A DNA stretch of 64,000 bases from a virus: positions 64,001 to 128,000 of the IMG/VR virus record IMGVR_UViG_3300021440_000014; one strand, given 5' to 3'. This document shows, piece after piece, positions 38,231-49,411 of this stretch (position 1 is its first letter; each line of letters opens with the position of its first letter). A model generated the notes under the pieces. The model had not been told where the DNA came from. It worked only from the letters and a program-made list of their open reading frames with translations, and made no database searches. Made by a program: the position numbers and the translations under genes.

Positions 38231-40297
38231 TCAATTAAAAATGACAGAGTAGAGAATCTTCCTCGCCTCCGTTGAATTAAGTTCTTCAGCTTTAACGATT
38301 GACAGAACTGGATATTTTTTCAAAAGCTCAGAAGGATTCTTGACAGGATAAGATGCTTTTATTGCCTCCTTCATTTTGAGTAAATCAACGGAAGTCATAG
38401 ATTCGATAAAACTATTATATTTTTTATAGGCGTCATTCGCATTCTTCCACTCAGAAATAATATCGTAAAAGTATTTAGCATTATTATTATTCTCAATTTC
38501 TTTTAGAATTGATTCATTTGAAAATATACCGAAAATACTCCTAAAGAATGAGTTTTTATAATAAGAGGCATGATCATTGCTATCATAATGGAACACGCTT
38601 TTAGCGACGATTGCCATTTGAATATCTTTTTCGTTTTGTTTAATAAAATCCTGCAAAGACTCAGAGTAAAAATCCTCAAAAGAATCAAGTTCGATACCTT
38701 CTTTTTCGAGTCTTTCCCATTCAGTGGTTGTAAGCCCTACAATAGAGTAATCGTCAACGCCAACGCCATGCAAAGTTTGAATTTGCTTTTTAAGCGTTCC
38801 TTTATCGGAATTCAATGCCGTTCCGGTGCGCAACACATAATAAACATTATAATAATCTGAATAGTCTAGGACTTCCCAAATATCCTGATTGCGCCTAAAG
38901 TTAACAGCTTTTTTAACGGTGTAAAGCTGATTCTTCTGTCTTTTATTGCGCTTTGTAGTAGACTTGTCGTAATCAAGCTCAGACATCTTTTTGCACTTGG
39001 AAAAGTCAACTCCAAATGTCTCTTCAGTCTCTTTAAATGCATTCGGGGCAACCTCTTCGATCAGAATAGTCGTGCCGCATTTTGTGTGGTTTCCGTCTAT
39101 GTATTTGTCAAGTCTTTTCGAGGCATGAGTCTTTTTATCAAAAATGATAAATTCATAATTATTTTTCAAGTCAACGTAGCCGTAAGGCCCATATATCTTA
39201 GGGGAGCCATAACGTTGAGTAATAATGTAAAAAGAAATGCCTTTTGGCTCAAATCTGTCAGGGACAGAAACAGTTTTAAGGAATGAGTTGACTAGGTTTG
39301 AAATTCTCGCGAATCGTCCTTCATAAGAGAAAATAGAGGTTCTAATTTTAATCTTCTCAAAAAGGCTCTTGTTGTCAAATTGCTTTTGAATCTCAAGGCC
39401 AATGTCAATGTAAATGTTAGAAAGAGCCTCCTTAATGTTAGCGATGGTGGTTTCGTCGTAGTCCAAAGCTTCACGGTTGGCGGCAGTATTGATTTTGCCA
39501 ATGGGGAATTGAATTACCAAGCCGCAGGACAAAAGATCATGATACTTCTGTTCCAAGTTAGGAATAGAACTGGCGTTAATAGGATACTCATAGACTGAAC
39601 ACCTAGCCGCAGAAGGACGACCCGCACCGAAAAGACTCCAATCTCTTCCACTGAATACTGCTGTTTCAGAAAGGTGAGCATAACTAGAATTGCCAAAAAC
39701 AAGAGGCTTAACAATATAAGGCTTAAACACTTGTTGCGCCGTTACCATGAAATGATAAACGTAACTTGCATTAACTGGAATTTCCACGCAAAAACCATTC
39801 TTTTCGCTTGTCTTTTCTGAGCCAAGGTAAGCAATAGTAGGAATCCCCTTTGGATTATAGAAGATAGAATAGCTGCTCTTTTCTCCGTTCTGAACGGAAT
39901 AGCAAAAATAAGAGTCGCACAGCGCAAGAGCACTCAGGCGACCAAGACCTTTTTCGCCGTTGAAATCATTGCTAGTATCTTTGGATGAATGGAAAGCAAC
40001 GGTATAGTAATTCATCATGAAATCATAAGAAATGCCCGTGCCAAAATCCCTCACACGAAAGAGAGGATCGAGAACAGAAGGAAGGGTAACTTCAAAAGGA
40101 GAATCGGTATTTTTTGCCGCAACATGAGCATCATACGCATTAGCGCAAATTTCAGTAACCACAGCCCTAACCTTGTCGGTATAAAGGTTAGAAATGAGAG
40201 TTTTAAAGGCTTTCCCACCAGCCTTAATAGTAAACGTTCCGCTTTGCTCCGCAGGAATGTTACCTTCCGCAATTCTGTCTTTAATTTCTGTAATCAT
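38231..40297 (-). CDS. rIIA: rIIA-like protein (GHKL ATPase N-terminus)
   Basis: LYTDKVRAVV.E...NAYDAH, VRDFGTG, SSK...GLG; adjacent to rIIB. Confidence 0.85.
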   Translation of the reverse strand: MITEIKDRIAEGNIPAEQSGTFTIKAGGKAFKTLISNLYTDKVRAVVTEICANAYDAHVAAKNTDSPFEVTLPSVLDPLFRVRDFGTGISYDFMMNYYTVAFHSSKDTSNDFNGEKGLGRLSALALCDSYFCYSVQNGEKSSYSIFYNPKGIPTIAYLGSEKTSEKNGFCVEIPVNASYVYHFMVTAQQVFKPYIVKPLVFGNSSYAHLSETAVFSGRDWSLFGAGRPSAARCSVYEYPINASSIPNLEQKYHDLLSCGLVIQFPIGKINTAANREALDYDETTIANIKEALSNIYIDIGLEIQKQFDNKSLFEKIKIRTSIFSYEGRFARISNLVNSFLKTVSVPDRFEPKGISFYIITQRYGSPKIYGPYGYVDLKNNYEFIIFDKKTHASKRLDKYIDGNHTKCGTTILIEEVAPNAFKETEETFGVDFSKCKKMSELDYDKSTTKRNKRQKNQLYTVKKAVNFRRNQDIWEVLDYSDYYNVYYVLRTGTALNSDKGTLKKQIQTLHGVGVDDYSIVGLTTTEWERLEKEGIELDSFEDFYSESLQDFIKQNEKDIQMAIVAKSVFHYDSNDHASYYKNSFFRSIFGIFSNESILKEIENNNNAKYFYDIISEWKNANDAYKKYNSFIESMTSVDLLKMKEAIKASYPVKNPSELLKKYPVLSIVKAEELNSTEARKILYSVIFN

Positions 40298-40424
40298 AGT
40301 GTTAATAGACTATCTTATTTTTATGGAATGTCAAATTTTAAACTTAATTACTGCATTTTCATATCTAACGAAACTAAAAATGCCCTAACCATTTAATAGC
40401 TAGGGCACTGTGTCCAAGAAAGAA

Positions 40425-40637
40425 TTAAATCTTGGAATAAACTGCACTTGGACGACCACGCCCCGCAGCCTTCTCATTGCGAACAAACTTAATCTTCTGA
40501 GAGGCAATCGCGCTCTTCACTTGAGCATGAATGAAAGGTTGCTTCTTATTAAAAAGAAGTTGAAGATCCTTGATCTTAAATTCCCCATCAGGGAACGTGA
40601 ACGTTTCAGTATTTACATTATTTGTATTTGTATTCAT
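40425..40637 (-). CDS. small DNA-binding protein
   Basis: GRGRP..VY C-terminus. Confidence 0.5.
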   Translation of the reverse strand: MNTNTNNVNTETFTFPDGEFKIKDLQLLFNKKQPFIHAQVKSAIASQKIKFVRNEKAAGRGRPSAVYSKI

Positions 40638-40669
40638 ATCTTATTATATTATCAGGTTTTTTTAAAATG

Positions 40670-40885
40670 TCAATCTTCAACTGTCATTTGAATTTCGTCT
40701 TCCTCCTCTTTTCCTTTCGTCTCTGTTCCGATATTAGGTTGAGTCGGAGTAATCACTTGACCAAACAAGGAAGCGTAATCGCTAGAAATTCTGATACTTG
40801 CGGCTGGATTGAAATTCTTAATGATTTCGTCAACCGAAACAATGATAAATTTAGGCTTATTTTTAGATCCAGTTTTTCTTGGCAT
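40670..40885 (-). CDS. small basic protein
   Basis: MPRKTGSKNK AT-hook-like start. Confidence 0.5.
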   Translation of the reverse strand: MPRKTGSKNKPKFIIVSVDEIIKNFNPAASIRISSDYASLFGQVITPTQPNIGTETKGKEEEDEIQMTVED

Positions 40886-40893
40886 AAGATACC

Positions 40894-41826
40894 TTAGTCT
40901 ATATTTTTAATAACGTCAAGACCTTTTGAGGTAATATGTCTCTTTGCGTTAATTTTAATCAATCCAGCTTCCGTCAAAAATGGCTCCACATTACCCATCA
41001 CAGTAGCTTTAGGTAAACTAAGGGAATTAGCAATCGCAGTCAAAGACATTTCACCATTTTGCTTGAGAAGCTTCAATACATTAACCTCTGAATTACTCAT
41101 TCCCAAAGGCTTGATATTCAAATAATTAACGAATTTATTCCACTTTCTGCGGTCGATAGTATCGCACTTTTCAATTGAACAAAATTGCCTAATATCGTCA
41201 ACCAGACTAATTGCCGTTCTAGGAGTGTTTCGGGCTACACTTGCAACATCATTCTGAATGTCTTCTTCAATTGAGATATTGAATTTAGCGCAGCTATTGA
41301 CGATTATTTCAGCAATTTCCTCGCACTTGTAAGGCTCAAGATCTACTTGCTTGCATCGCGTTTTGAAAGCTGGAGATAGAGCTTGAGGATCTGTCGTGGC
41401 GAAAAGGAATGTCTGCTTACAATGATCGAAATGTAATTCAATCTCATTGTGAATAAAAGAAGTTTTCCTTTCATTTTTAATGTCCAGAACTGAAAGCAGA
41501 AAATTCTTAACAGTTTTATCCATTCCATGACACTCGTCAATAAAATAGGTAACTTGCTCATCCTTATAGGGGATAATAGCCCTGTCAACAAATGCATCGG
41601 CATTTTTCAGGGAGCTACCATTGATTTCAATAAACTTTTTTGGTTTATTAGTTTCCTTATTGATAAGGTTACTTTTAATTCTGCGGGCTATCTCTGTTTT
41701 GCCCGCTCCCCGCTTAGAAGTCAAAAGGACTGGCGGGAAAAAACCGGATGAATTAAAGCCATTAAGCTGGAAACTCAAATAGTTTTTAACATTAGTTTGA
41801 CCAACGATACCTTTGAAGTATTGCAT
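40894..41826 (-). CDS. ruvB: RuvB-like AAA ATPase
   Basis: IVGQ, RGAGKT, FIDECH, ATT, TPR.A, VEPFL. Confidence 0.75.
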   Translation of the reverse strand: MQYFKGIVGQTNVKNYLSFQLNGFNSSGFFPPVLLTSKRGAGKTEIARRIKSNLINKETNKPKKFIEINGSSLKNADAFVDRAIIPYKDEQVTYFIDECHGMDKTVKNFLLSVLDIKNERKTSFIHNEIELHFDHCKQTFLFATTDPQALSPAFKTRCKQVDLEPYKCEEIAEIIVNSCAKFNISIEEDIQNDVASVARNTPRTAISLVDDIRQFCSIEKCDTIDRRKWNKFVNYLNIKPLGMSNSEVNVLKLLKQNGEMSLTAIANSLSLPKATVMGNVEPFLTEAGLIKINAKRHITSKGLDVIKNID

Positions 41827-42170
41827 AGCTCAAATCTATCTATTTTTTATAGAAAAGCAAGAACTAATAAACGCTATTACGTGACAAGTTGCTCTCTGGA
41901 GTTGCATGAAAAATAGCTTTTTTACTTTCTTCTACGTCTCCAAGCGAATAGACTATAGCTCTACCACCAAGAAAGCACCAGTCCATATCTATACCTGAAT
42001 CTTTACATGCACTGAAAACGATGGCTTCTATACATATAGACGGACCAGAGAGCATTGCTACATATTTAGCTTTATTAAATCGTGGCGGCATTTTAGACTT
42101 CTGCAATCTAAAATTAATGGCGGAAAATAACTTTTTACTTGTTACTTCCGCCAATTGCTTTTTGGTAAGC

Positions 42171-42437
42171 TTATTCATTGGCTTGCGCAGTTTCAGGAGT
42201 AGCGGAAGTCATTTGCGACTCTTTAGCCAAGCGAGCGTTTGCGTGACGAATACGTTGAGCTTTGGCGATGCTTTCGCGCCCAGCCTTGCTCATTTTACGA
42301 ACCTTCTTTGGTTTAGTAGCCATACTAACCCGATTAACATCCTCACCAGAGAGGATATCATTCATTTGGTTCTGCAAATCCTCGATTTGCTTTTGAATTT
42401 CCATTGCTTTTTGAAGTTTTTCAATTGTCATTTTCAT
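42171..42437 (-). CDS. histone-like/nucleoid-associated protein
   Basis: Coiled-coil N-terminus plus RKMSKAGRESIAKAQR.R motif. Confidence 0.55.
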   Translation of the reverse strand: MKMTIEKLQKAMEIQKQIEDLQNQMNDILSGEDVNRVSMATKPKKVRKMSKAGRESIAKAQRIRHANARLAKESQMTSATPETAQANE

Positions 42438-42463
42438 AGTGAGAAGACTTTATCACATTTTTA

Positions 42464-42865
42464 TTAAACGTCAATAGGTTTTTCTTCGATATCAATAACT
42501 GAGGACATAGAATATACAAAAATATCGCTCTTAACATTAGAAGAGAACACTTCCTCCTCTATAGACATATACTCTTTCTCGGCTAAAATCTTTGCCTCCT
42601 CAATAGCACCTTTCTTATTTCCCTTATATTTGTCTGGAAACTCGTTAAGAATTTTAAATAGATTAGAATTAACTAGGGATTTTTTAAGCTTTTCTTCTGT
42701 AGTGCAAAAGTATCCAAATTTGCCGTCTTTCATCCAATAGAATTCTCCGTCCGTGGCCCCATGATTCCAGAAGGAATAAAACTTCTCATTAATTTCTGTT
42801 TCATTATCTCCCTCTATGCCAATGTTTATTGAATTGGCTTTAGTTTCCCTAATTAATTTTAGCAT
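42464..42865 (-). CDS. hypothetical protein
   Basis: ORF track. Confidence 0.5.
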   Translation of the reverse strand: MLKLIRETKANSINIGIEGDNETEINEKFYSFWNHGATDGEFYWMKDGKFGYFCTTEEKLKKSLVNSNLFKILNEFPDKYKGNKKGAIEEAKILAEKEYMSIEEEVFSSNVKSDIFVYSMSSVIDIEEKPIDV

Positions 42866-42869
42866 ATAT

Positions 42870-43574
42870 TTAAAGATTTTTGTATTCGTAATAGGATGCT
42901 ACATTGTTCTGCACTTTTGCGTAGTGCATTAAATGGGTGTCAATACATAAACTATTACCTTTTAAGGTGGGTATTCTTTGTGGAGTGTGGCCGAAAATCT
43001 GCTTCGCATTATCATTTGGAATGAATTCTCTCAAAAAATCACACCAAATAATGCCCCCAAACGGAATCTGCCCGCCGCGAGAGTAGCCTGCCCTGAAAAA
43101 ATAATGAGATTTGTTTTTCTTGAGCAACCTAAAAGCATAATCGCTTTCTTTATTCAGAAAAACATCAATATCTTCGTTATTCTCAGGAAAATAGCTAGAA
43201 TGAAGTCCAGCATGAGTAAAAAGAAAACCTTGCTCAAAATGAAAGAACTTCAATTTGCTCCACTCTTTTTCTGTTAGCTCTTCCTGAACGGCTTTGTTTT
43301 TACTTTCCGTGAAACCCGTGCATCTTGTATATGGGTTATTTGGAAATGCATAGCAAACATCATGGTTTCCCCACAAATGGATTCTATTCTCCTTATTTAA
43401 GCTTTCTTTAAGCCATTTTGCGGTCTTCCTTGCGTCAATATGAGAGTCGCCGAAATCATCGAAGTAATCTCCAAGGAAAATAACCTTGTCCGCACCAGCA
43501 TTCTTGATAATCGTTTCGGCTCTATCTATCTTATTATGAATGTCTGGTATAATCAGTAAAACTTCAGTTCTCAT
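42870..43574 (-). CDS. calcineurin-like metallophosphoesterase
   Basis: DIH, GDYFD, GNHD, THAG, GHT. Confidence 0.9.
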   Translation of the reverse strand: MRTEVLLIIPDIHNKIDRAETIIKNAGADKVIFLGDYFDDFGDSHIDARKTAKWLKESLNKENRIHLWGNHDVCYAFPNNPYTRCTGFTESKNKAVQEELTEKEWSKLKFFHFEQGFLFTHAGLHSSYFPENNEDIDVFLNKESDYAFRLLKKNKSHYFFRAGYSRGGQIPFGGIIWCDFLREFIPNDNAKQIFGHTPQRIPTLKGNSLCIDTHLMHYAKVQNNVASYYEYKNL

Positions 43575-43838
43575 AGGCTCATAATAGCTTTATTTTCAAA
43601 TACCTCAAGCTAAAACTAGCCCTTTTTAATACAATATTTGACTTTGCTTGTTTTATTCAACTTTTTGATATATTTCTCTGCGTCAATTTTCCCCTCTTTA
43701 GTCATAGGGAATGCGCCGAAATTGCGCTCTCCAGCTTTAATTACGTAAAATTTCTTTCTGTTTTTTGTTTTTGGCATAAAAAATGATTCCTTATTAACAA
43801 TAACTTAGATAAAAATAAAAGTCAAACCAATAATAGTT

Positions 43839-44483
43839 ATGAAAATAATAGCTTGCCTGCCGGGAAAAAGTTACTCAGGCGAATTCATTAAGGCTTGGAC
43901 TCTATTCTTGAGTAAATGTCTGGAAAATGGCATAGAAATAGCTTTATCACAAAATTATTCACCTAACATTTACTATGTCAGAAACTTATGCTTAGGAGGC
44001 GACATAAGAAAAGGAATAGAGCAAAAACCATTCCAAGGTAAAATAGAATATGATTATTTATTATGGGTAGACTCAGATAATATCCCTACTTATTCTGCAT
44101 TAATTTCTCTCCTTAATAGAAATGTTGATATTTGCGCCGGAATCTATAAAATGCAAGATGGAAGGTTCGCCACTGTGAAGGAATGGGATACGTCAAGCCT
44201 TATTGAGAACGGAGAAATGAAATTTTGTCAAGACATAGATCTCAAAGATAAAACAGATTTAATAGAAGTAGCTTATACTGGCATGGGTTTCATGCTTGTC
44301 AAGTTTGGAGTATTTGAAAAAATGCGCTATCCTTGGTTTCAGCCGCTAAACCTTGACGTAGGCCGGATTAAGGATTTTGCTACAGAAGATATTTATTTCT
44401 GCCAGAAAATACAGTCTCTTGGTTTTAAGGTTTTTGTAGATCCCACCGTTAAAATAGGGCATGAAAAATGTTTTGTTATTTAG
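43839..44483 (+). CDS. GT-A fold glycosyltransferase-like protein
   Basis: VRN, LWVDSD, GMGFMLVK, EDIYFC, VDP...GHEK. Confidence 0.75.
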   Translation: MKIIACLPGKSYSGEFIKAWTLFLSKCLENGIEIALSQNYSPNIYYVRNLCLGGDIRKGIEQKPFQGKIEYDYLLWVDSDNIPTYSALISLLNRNVDICAGIYKMQDGRFATVKEWDTSSLIENGEMKFCQDIDLKDKTDLIEVAYTGMGFMLVKFGVFEKMRYPWFQPLNLDVGRIKDFATEDIYFCQKIQSLGFKVFVDPTVKIGHEKCFVI

Positions 44484-44734
44484 AATACTCTGAATAATTT
44501 AAGAAGTATAATACAAATAGTAATAACGAAAACTATCTCAGCTATCGCACCAGCTATGTTGTTGGCATTTTTATTATTCATAATTTTTTTTTGTTTCAAT
44601 GTATTAAATCTTCTTTAAAAGAGGGAATAGTTTTAAACAGTTTATTATTTAAATGAAGTCATTATTTTCAAAAATTAAGAATAATTGAATTATAAAATTC
44701 CCATATAATACAATTATCTGTAAATATAAATGCT

Positions 44735-45442
44735 ATGAGCAGACCTTGGACAAATGAGGATTCAGAAAGTCTAAAAAAACTTTACGGAACAATGCCCCTT
44801 AAAGAATTAGCTTCTATTTTAAATAGACATGGAACATATTTATGTATCAAAGCTAAAAAACTTGGCATCCAATCTAGTAAATCAAAACTAACAATGGAAC
44901 AGCTATTTCTTAAGAAAAGCAATCAAAGAAGATGTTATAAATGTAAACAAATAATGCCTTTCATAAATGAATTTTTTTACGCTTCTAAAAGATGCTGTCG
45001 TAAATGTGAAAGAAAAATAGCAATTATTAATTTTTACAACTTAAAAAATAATCCAACTCTTCCTAAAGTAATGATGTCAAGGTTATATGCAAGTAAGTCT
45101 CGGGCAAGATCTAAAAAAATAGATTTTAATCTTGACATAAGCTATCTTCTTGTTTTATGGACAAAGCAAGAAGGAAAATGTTTTTATTCAAAACTTCCAA
45201 TGAAAATAAAAATAGAATCTCGCTATGAAAACACTGAAGTTCTTTCTATTGATAGAATCGATCCTGACAAAGGATACATTAAAGGCAACATTGTTCTTTG
45301 CTGTGATGCAGTTAATACAATGAAGAATAATATGTCTTTGGATAAATTCAAGACTTTTATAAAAATAATTAACGAAAATTTTCAAGAAATGGCAAATAAG
45401 CCTTTAAGCACAACTCATTTGCAAAATTCAGATCAAATCTAG
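44735..45442 (+). CDS. HNH-like homing endonuclease
   Basis: QEGKCFYS, SIDRIDPDKGY..GN...N.MK; lies antisense within a minus-strand block. Confidence 0.8.
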   Translation: MSRPWTNEDSESLKKLYGTMPLKELASILNRHGTYLCIKAKKLGIQSSKSKLTMEQLFLKKSNQRRCYKCKQIMPFINEFFYASKRCCRKCERKIAIINFYNLKNNPTLPKVMMSRLYASKSRARSKKIDFNLDISYLLVLWTKQEGKCFYSKLPMKIKIESRYENTEVLSIDRIDPDKGYIKGNIVLCCDAVNTMKNNMSLDKFKTFIKIINENFQEMANKPLSTTHLQNSDQI

Positions 45443-46094
45443 TAATAAATGCTTTTTTCTCGTAAGCTTTCTTAAGTTTTATTTCGAATTCGTTTATCAT
45501 TTTTATTAAATCTTCAATCTTAAAATCTTCAGGGGCAAACTTTATTGATCGAAGTAATGAATAAATGCTTCTATCTTTATTTTTAATATTTGTTGGGAAA
45601 ATTCCATATTCAAAATAGAACTGCCCCGCCCAAGAAAGCCTTATTAATTGGGTCACGTTTTTGGGAGAAAATTGATATTTGAGTATTTGTTCATGCCTTT
45701 TACATCCTGTTTTACTTTTTCTTTCTCCAAAGGCCAGTCTTTTTTCTCCCTGCATATAACCAAGAAGACATTTAAATAATCTTTCTGAATCTATAAGTTT
45801 GTGTCTATTTAATTGAGTCTCTTTCCAGATTTCACTTATTTCAATCCAATCCTCATTAAAAAGCAATTCAAAACTTTGAGTATTGCCCTGCCTAAGAAGA
45901 CTTAGGGTATGCCTGAATTCAGTATAGAGTTGATCGTCGTCTTTATCTTGCTTTAAGGCATGTTCGTTCTTTCCTAAGCCGATGATATCGTTGATATTAT
46001 CATTTAGGAATACTCCACGGTAGTCTACGTCGCTTTCTGGGCCATCTAGTCCATACATTTTAGATCCTCCAAGACACTTACAGATAATTTTCAT
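45369..46094 (-). CDS. DNA polymerase beta-family nucleotidyltransferase
   Basis: GS.MYGL..PESDVDYRGVF. Confidence 0.8.
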   Translation of the reverse strand: MKIICKCLGGSKMYGLDGPESDVDYRGVFLNDNINDIIGLGKNEHALKQDKDDDQLYTEFRHTLSLLRQGNTQSFELLFNEDWIEISEIWKETQLNRHKLIDSERLFKCLLGYMQGEKRLAFGERKSKTGCKRHEQILKYQFSPKNVTQLIRLSWAGQFYFEYGIFPTNIKNKDRSIYSLLRSIKFAPEDFKIEDLIKMINEFEIKLKKAYEKKAFITRFDLNFANELCLKAYLPFLENFR

Positions 46095-46545
46095 ATTCTA
46101 AGCGATTAAGCTCTTTAATATCTTCTTCAGTAACTTTCATACTTGTATAGTAACAGTTTTTTATTACTTGTCTACTCTTTGTTTTCTAACATTCCGCATG
46201 GGGAGCCGTCGATTTGCGTATATAAATCTAAAAATCTTTGACGACTAATCTCTTTAATGAAAGGGCCATCTGCAATAACAAAACTCGTATAGCCTGCGCT
46301 AATCACTTGATACAGAGTGGAGCCATTTTTATCTTTTACATATTTCCCAATTGCCTCTTCCGGTAGCCAAGGGCGCAAACTCGGAGGAAGTTTCAAACGG
46401 TAAACTTGATTAATATAAAAATTCGTTGTTATTTTTTTATACCAAGATTTCCCATTATCATCTGAAGCTTGAATATTTTCGATGCCATTTTCCATTGCAT
46501 AACGATATACCTCAATATTATCTAATTTTTGTTGTTCAGTCAATT

Positions 46546-46863
46546 TCATATTTTAATATTCTTTATTTTTGCCAAAGCAATTACCCGCTGTTGCCATGTG
46601 GCGTGAGAAGTAAGCCAGTCGTCATCTGTTCTGTTGTCAAGATAGTTTAAGTAATCGAGACGTTGGCCCATTGTTAACGTCTCCTCAATCAACCAACAAA
46701 CGTGAAGAAGCTCTGTGTCACATACTCTTTTCGGTTGTATGGGATATCCACTTGGCATCCAGTATAAATGATATCCATTAGGAATTACTTTTTCCCTATA
46801 GATAAATTTCGGCAACATTTTCGCCAATGCCCGTTTTAATTGAGTGTCGGTGGGATTAGTCAT
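46546..46863 (-). CDS. hypothetical protein, tandem paralog A
   Basis: QLKRALAKMLP...WQQRVIALAKIKNI. Confidence 0.6.
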   Translation of the reverse strand: MTNPTDTQLKRALAKMLPKFIYREKVIPNGYHLYWMPSGYPIQPKRVCDTELLHVCWLIEETLTMGQRLDYLNYLDNRTDDDWLTSHATWQQRVIALAKIKNIKI

Positions 46864-46906
46864 AATAGATGCTTAATGCATGTTAGAATTGTCCAGATAA
46901 TGTTTA

Positions 46907-47392
46907 CTAAAAGAGTTCCTGCGATAAAACCTTTGTTCCGTTCGTTAATATAATATCTATATTTTTAATTTTTGCAAGTGCAATCGTGCGTTGTTGCCAA
47001 GAGGCGTTAGTTAGCGCGAAATGGGTCATATACTTGCCCCCAAACTGACGAATTACATCCTCGTCAAGGGTTCGCACGTAATCTAATCTCTCTTCATCCC
47101 CTAAAATGCCCTCAATTAACCAACAAATGTAGGGAAGCTCACTATTCGTAACTTCTTTAGTATATGGAAATTTTTCTATTTTCCAAGACAAAAAATCAGA
47201 AACATCTTTATTCCCTCCCCAATAAAGCTTGTCGGGTAACATCTTAGCTAGAGCTTGCTTAAGCTGCCCTTCCATATATGTAATATTTTGGAAATCACAA
47301 TCTCCAGTTTGACAACAGCAATTAGAAAATCCTAGTTTTAGCAAACATCCTCCGATGCGTTGGCAAAATTGAGTTTCGGTTGGGGTGGTCAT
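46907..47392 (-). CDS. hypothetical protein, tandem paralog B
   Basis: QLKQALAKMLP...WQQRTIALAKIKNI. Confidence 0.6.
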   Translation of the reverse strand: MTTPTETQFCQRIGGCLLKLGFSNCCCQTGDCDFQNITYMEGQLKQALAKMLPDKLYWGGNKDVSDFLSWKIEKFPYTKEVTNSELPYICWLIEGILGDEERLDYVRTLDEDVIRQFGGKYMTHFALTNASWQQRTIALAKIKNIDIILTNGTKVLSQELF

Positions 47393-48553
47393 AAATTATT
47401 CTTGATCTTGCCACGTTCCGAATGAATAAAGGCTCTGGCAAATCTGATTATGGTTAAAAATTTGTTTCTTGTTTTCGCCGGTTTTAGCAATTATCTTCCC
47501 GCGCTCTTTCGTTTCTTCATTCCATTCCCAAACTATCGTCTCATTGTAAATGACCGGCGGAATAATTGCGGCGGATGATTCTCTTTCTATCGTAGAAACA
47601 AGGAACCATTTATCCTTGTATCGAACATAACTTTTGATTTGAGTTTCGTTATTCATATCTCCACCCCATGTGTGGTCATAGTTCTATCTTGTTTGTTGCG
47701 CGGAGTTTTTCTAGTGCTTTATCTAATTCAGTTTTCTCTTGCTCACTTGGTCTTACCCAAGTTGCCGCCCTCGCAACTTCTATTAATTCAACGAGAGGGA
47801 TTGCTTCCAGAATATAGTGGTTAATTGAAGTTGTCGCACCTTCATCGTGACTCCACTCTATTGCAGCTTTTTCTGCAAGCTCTTCTGCAATTTGTTGGGA
47901 GGATTTCATAGTTTTTTTATTTCGATTTCAGCTTCACTATTAGAAGTTTTATATCCATCTAGCTTATGATTTGATATACTATTTTTCTTGGCTCTATAGT
48001 CGTCAATGCACCATTTATCACTATCCGTTAGCCAATGGTTATCTCGAATTAGAAGAACACCGCATCGACAACACTCAGCTATATCAAAGTGTCCGAGTTT
48101 TTCAATATTAATAGGCTTATGAAGCCCAAGCCAGCATAAAATTTTCATATTTCTTTAAAATTGTCTCGGGCGGTGAGGATTTTCTTACACATTAACTTGG
48201 CTCCATGTGGATGCTGTAAAGAAAAATCGCTATGGATAGACTGCACATCCACCATTTCCCCCGCTCTTGTCATTCCCGCTTTGAAGGCGTCAAGTTGGAT
48301 TGCTTTGATGTCACTAATAATTCCTTGTTTTGGAAATCCATCAAAGTGTTGATTTGCCCATTCTTCTGCTGTTTTCATGGCTTGATAAAGATAAAATTTT
48401 TTTCACCGTTTGTTGGATTGACTGTCCACTTGGCTACGCCTGCGGAGACACACTCTGCGCGATGGATTTTGATACCGCCCGTGCAGCCTCCAATTATTCC
48501 TATAACTAATCCAATAATAAAAAATTCTACACTATTACTTATAGACAAAAGAT

Positions 48554-48889
48554 TCACAACCCCTCTCCCTCTATAAATTCAATTTCTATTTCTTTGCGGG
48601 CTAGAATGTCATTTTCCCCCTGAATTTGAGGCGTCATGGTTCCAATTACTGTATTCTCATAGATATTCACCCAATACTTAATTTTTCGCTTAACAGGAAT
48701 ATTTACAAGATCAAACGGATCTTCGCCATGTTTATTTCTAAGTCCAGTTTCGGGCCATACACTAGCTAAACTCCAACCGCCCCAACTATTCTTAAAGGCG
48801 TAGGTAAGAATCCCATTATCTACTCCAAGTATTTTGACATTTTCATTTCCGCTACGGGTTTTAACTGGTTTAGTATAGTCAAATTTCAT
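48554..48889 (-). CDS. hypothetical phage protein
   Basis: KPVKTRSG...DLVN...WVNIY. Confidence 0.55.
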   Translation of the reverse strand: MKFDYTKPVKTRSGNENVKILGVDNGILTYAFKNSWGGWSLASVWPETGLRNKHGEDPFDLVNIPVKRKIKYWVNIYENTVIGTMTPQIQGENDILARKEIEIEFIEGEGL

Positions 48890-48937
48890 ATTAAAATCAT
48901 TTTATGTTATTTTTTCAGAAAATCAAGTCTTAAAGTG

Positions 48938-49399
48938 CTAATTTCTTTTAGCGGGAGGAATTGAGTTATAGAGATCAATAGCTTTACAAGTCCCACAAAG
49001 AGGATCTTTTCCCGGCCCATGACAGCATTCTCCGTGTTTCGCGAGTGTGGCGCAAGCTTTTCTTAGTTTATCATTTTCAATCTCTAGGTCAATTAGTTTA
49101 TTAATATAAATTGTATTGTCGAATTCCGAATCCGGTTTACATACATAAACCAAATAAGGATCTGGTTTGTCTGAGGTTTTCATTGTCCCTACAGTTAAAC
49201 CTTTAGACTCAAGAAATGTTAATTGTTTTTGAGCTTTTTGCAATTTATCTCGATAATGGTCGCGCTCTGCCTGCATTTGAACAACAATCTCTTTTTGATT
49301 GTTTCTCTCTTGCTCTATTTTGTGGGCGAAGTCTCTAGCTTCCTCAAGTGTTTCCCATTGCGCACAGGCTGCGTCTGATTCTGACGTATTTGAGTTCAT
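48938..49399 (-). CDS. hypothetical coiled-coil protein
   Basis: ORF directly downstream of the ncRNA array. Confidence 0.55.
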   Translation of the reverse strand: MNSNTSESDAACAQWETLEEARDFAHKIEQERNNQKEIVVQMQAERDHYRDKLQKAQKQLTFLESKGLTVGTMKTSDKPDPYLVYVCKPDSEFDNTIYINKLIDLEIENDKLRKACATLAKHGECCHGPGKDPLCGTCKAIDLYNSIPPAKRN

Positions 49400-49411
49400 A
49401 AATTAAAAAGT

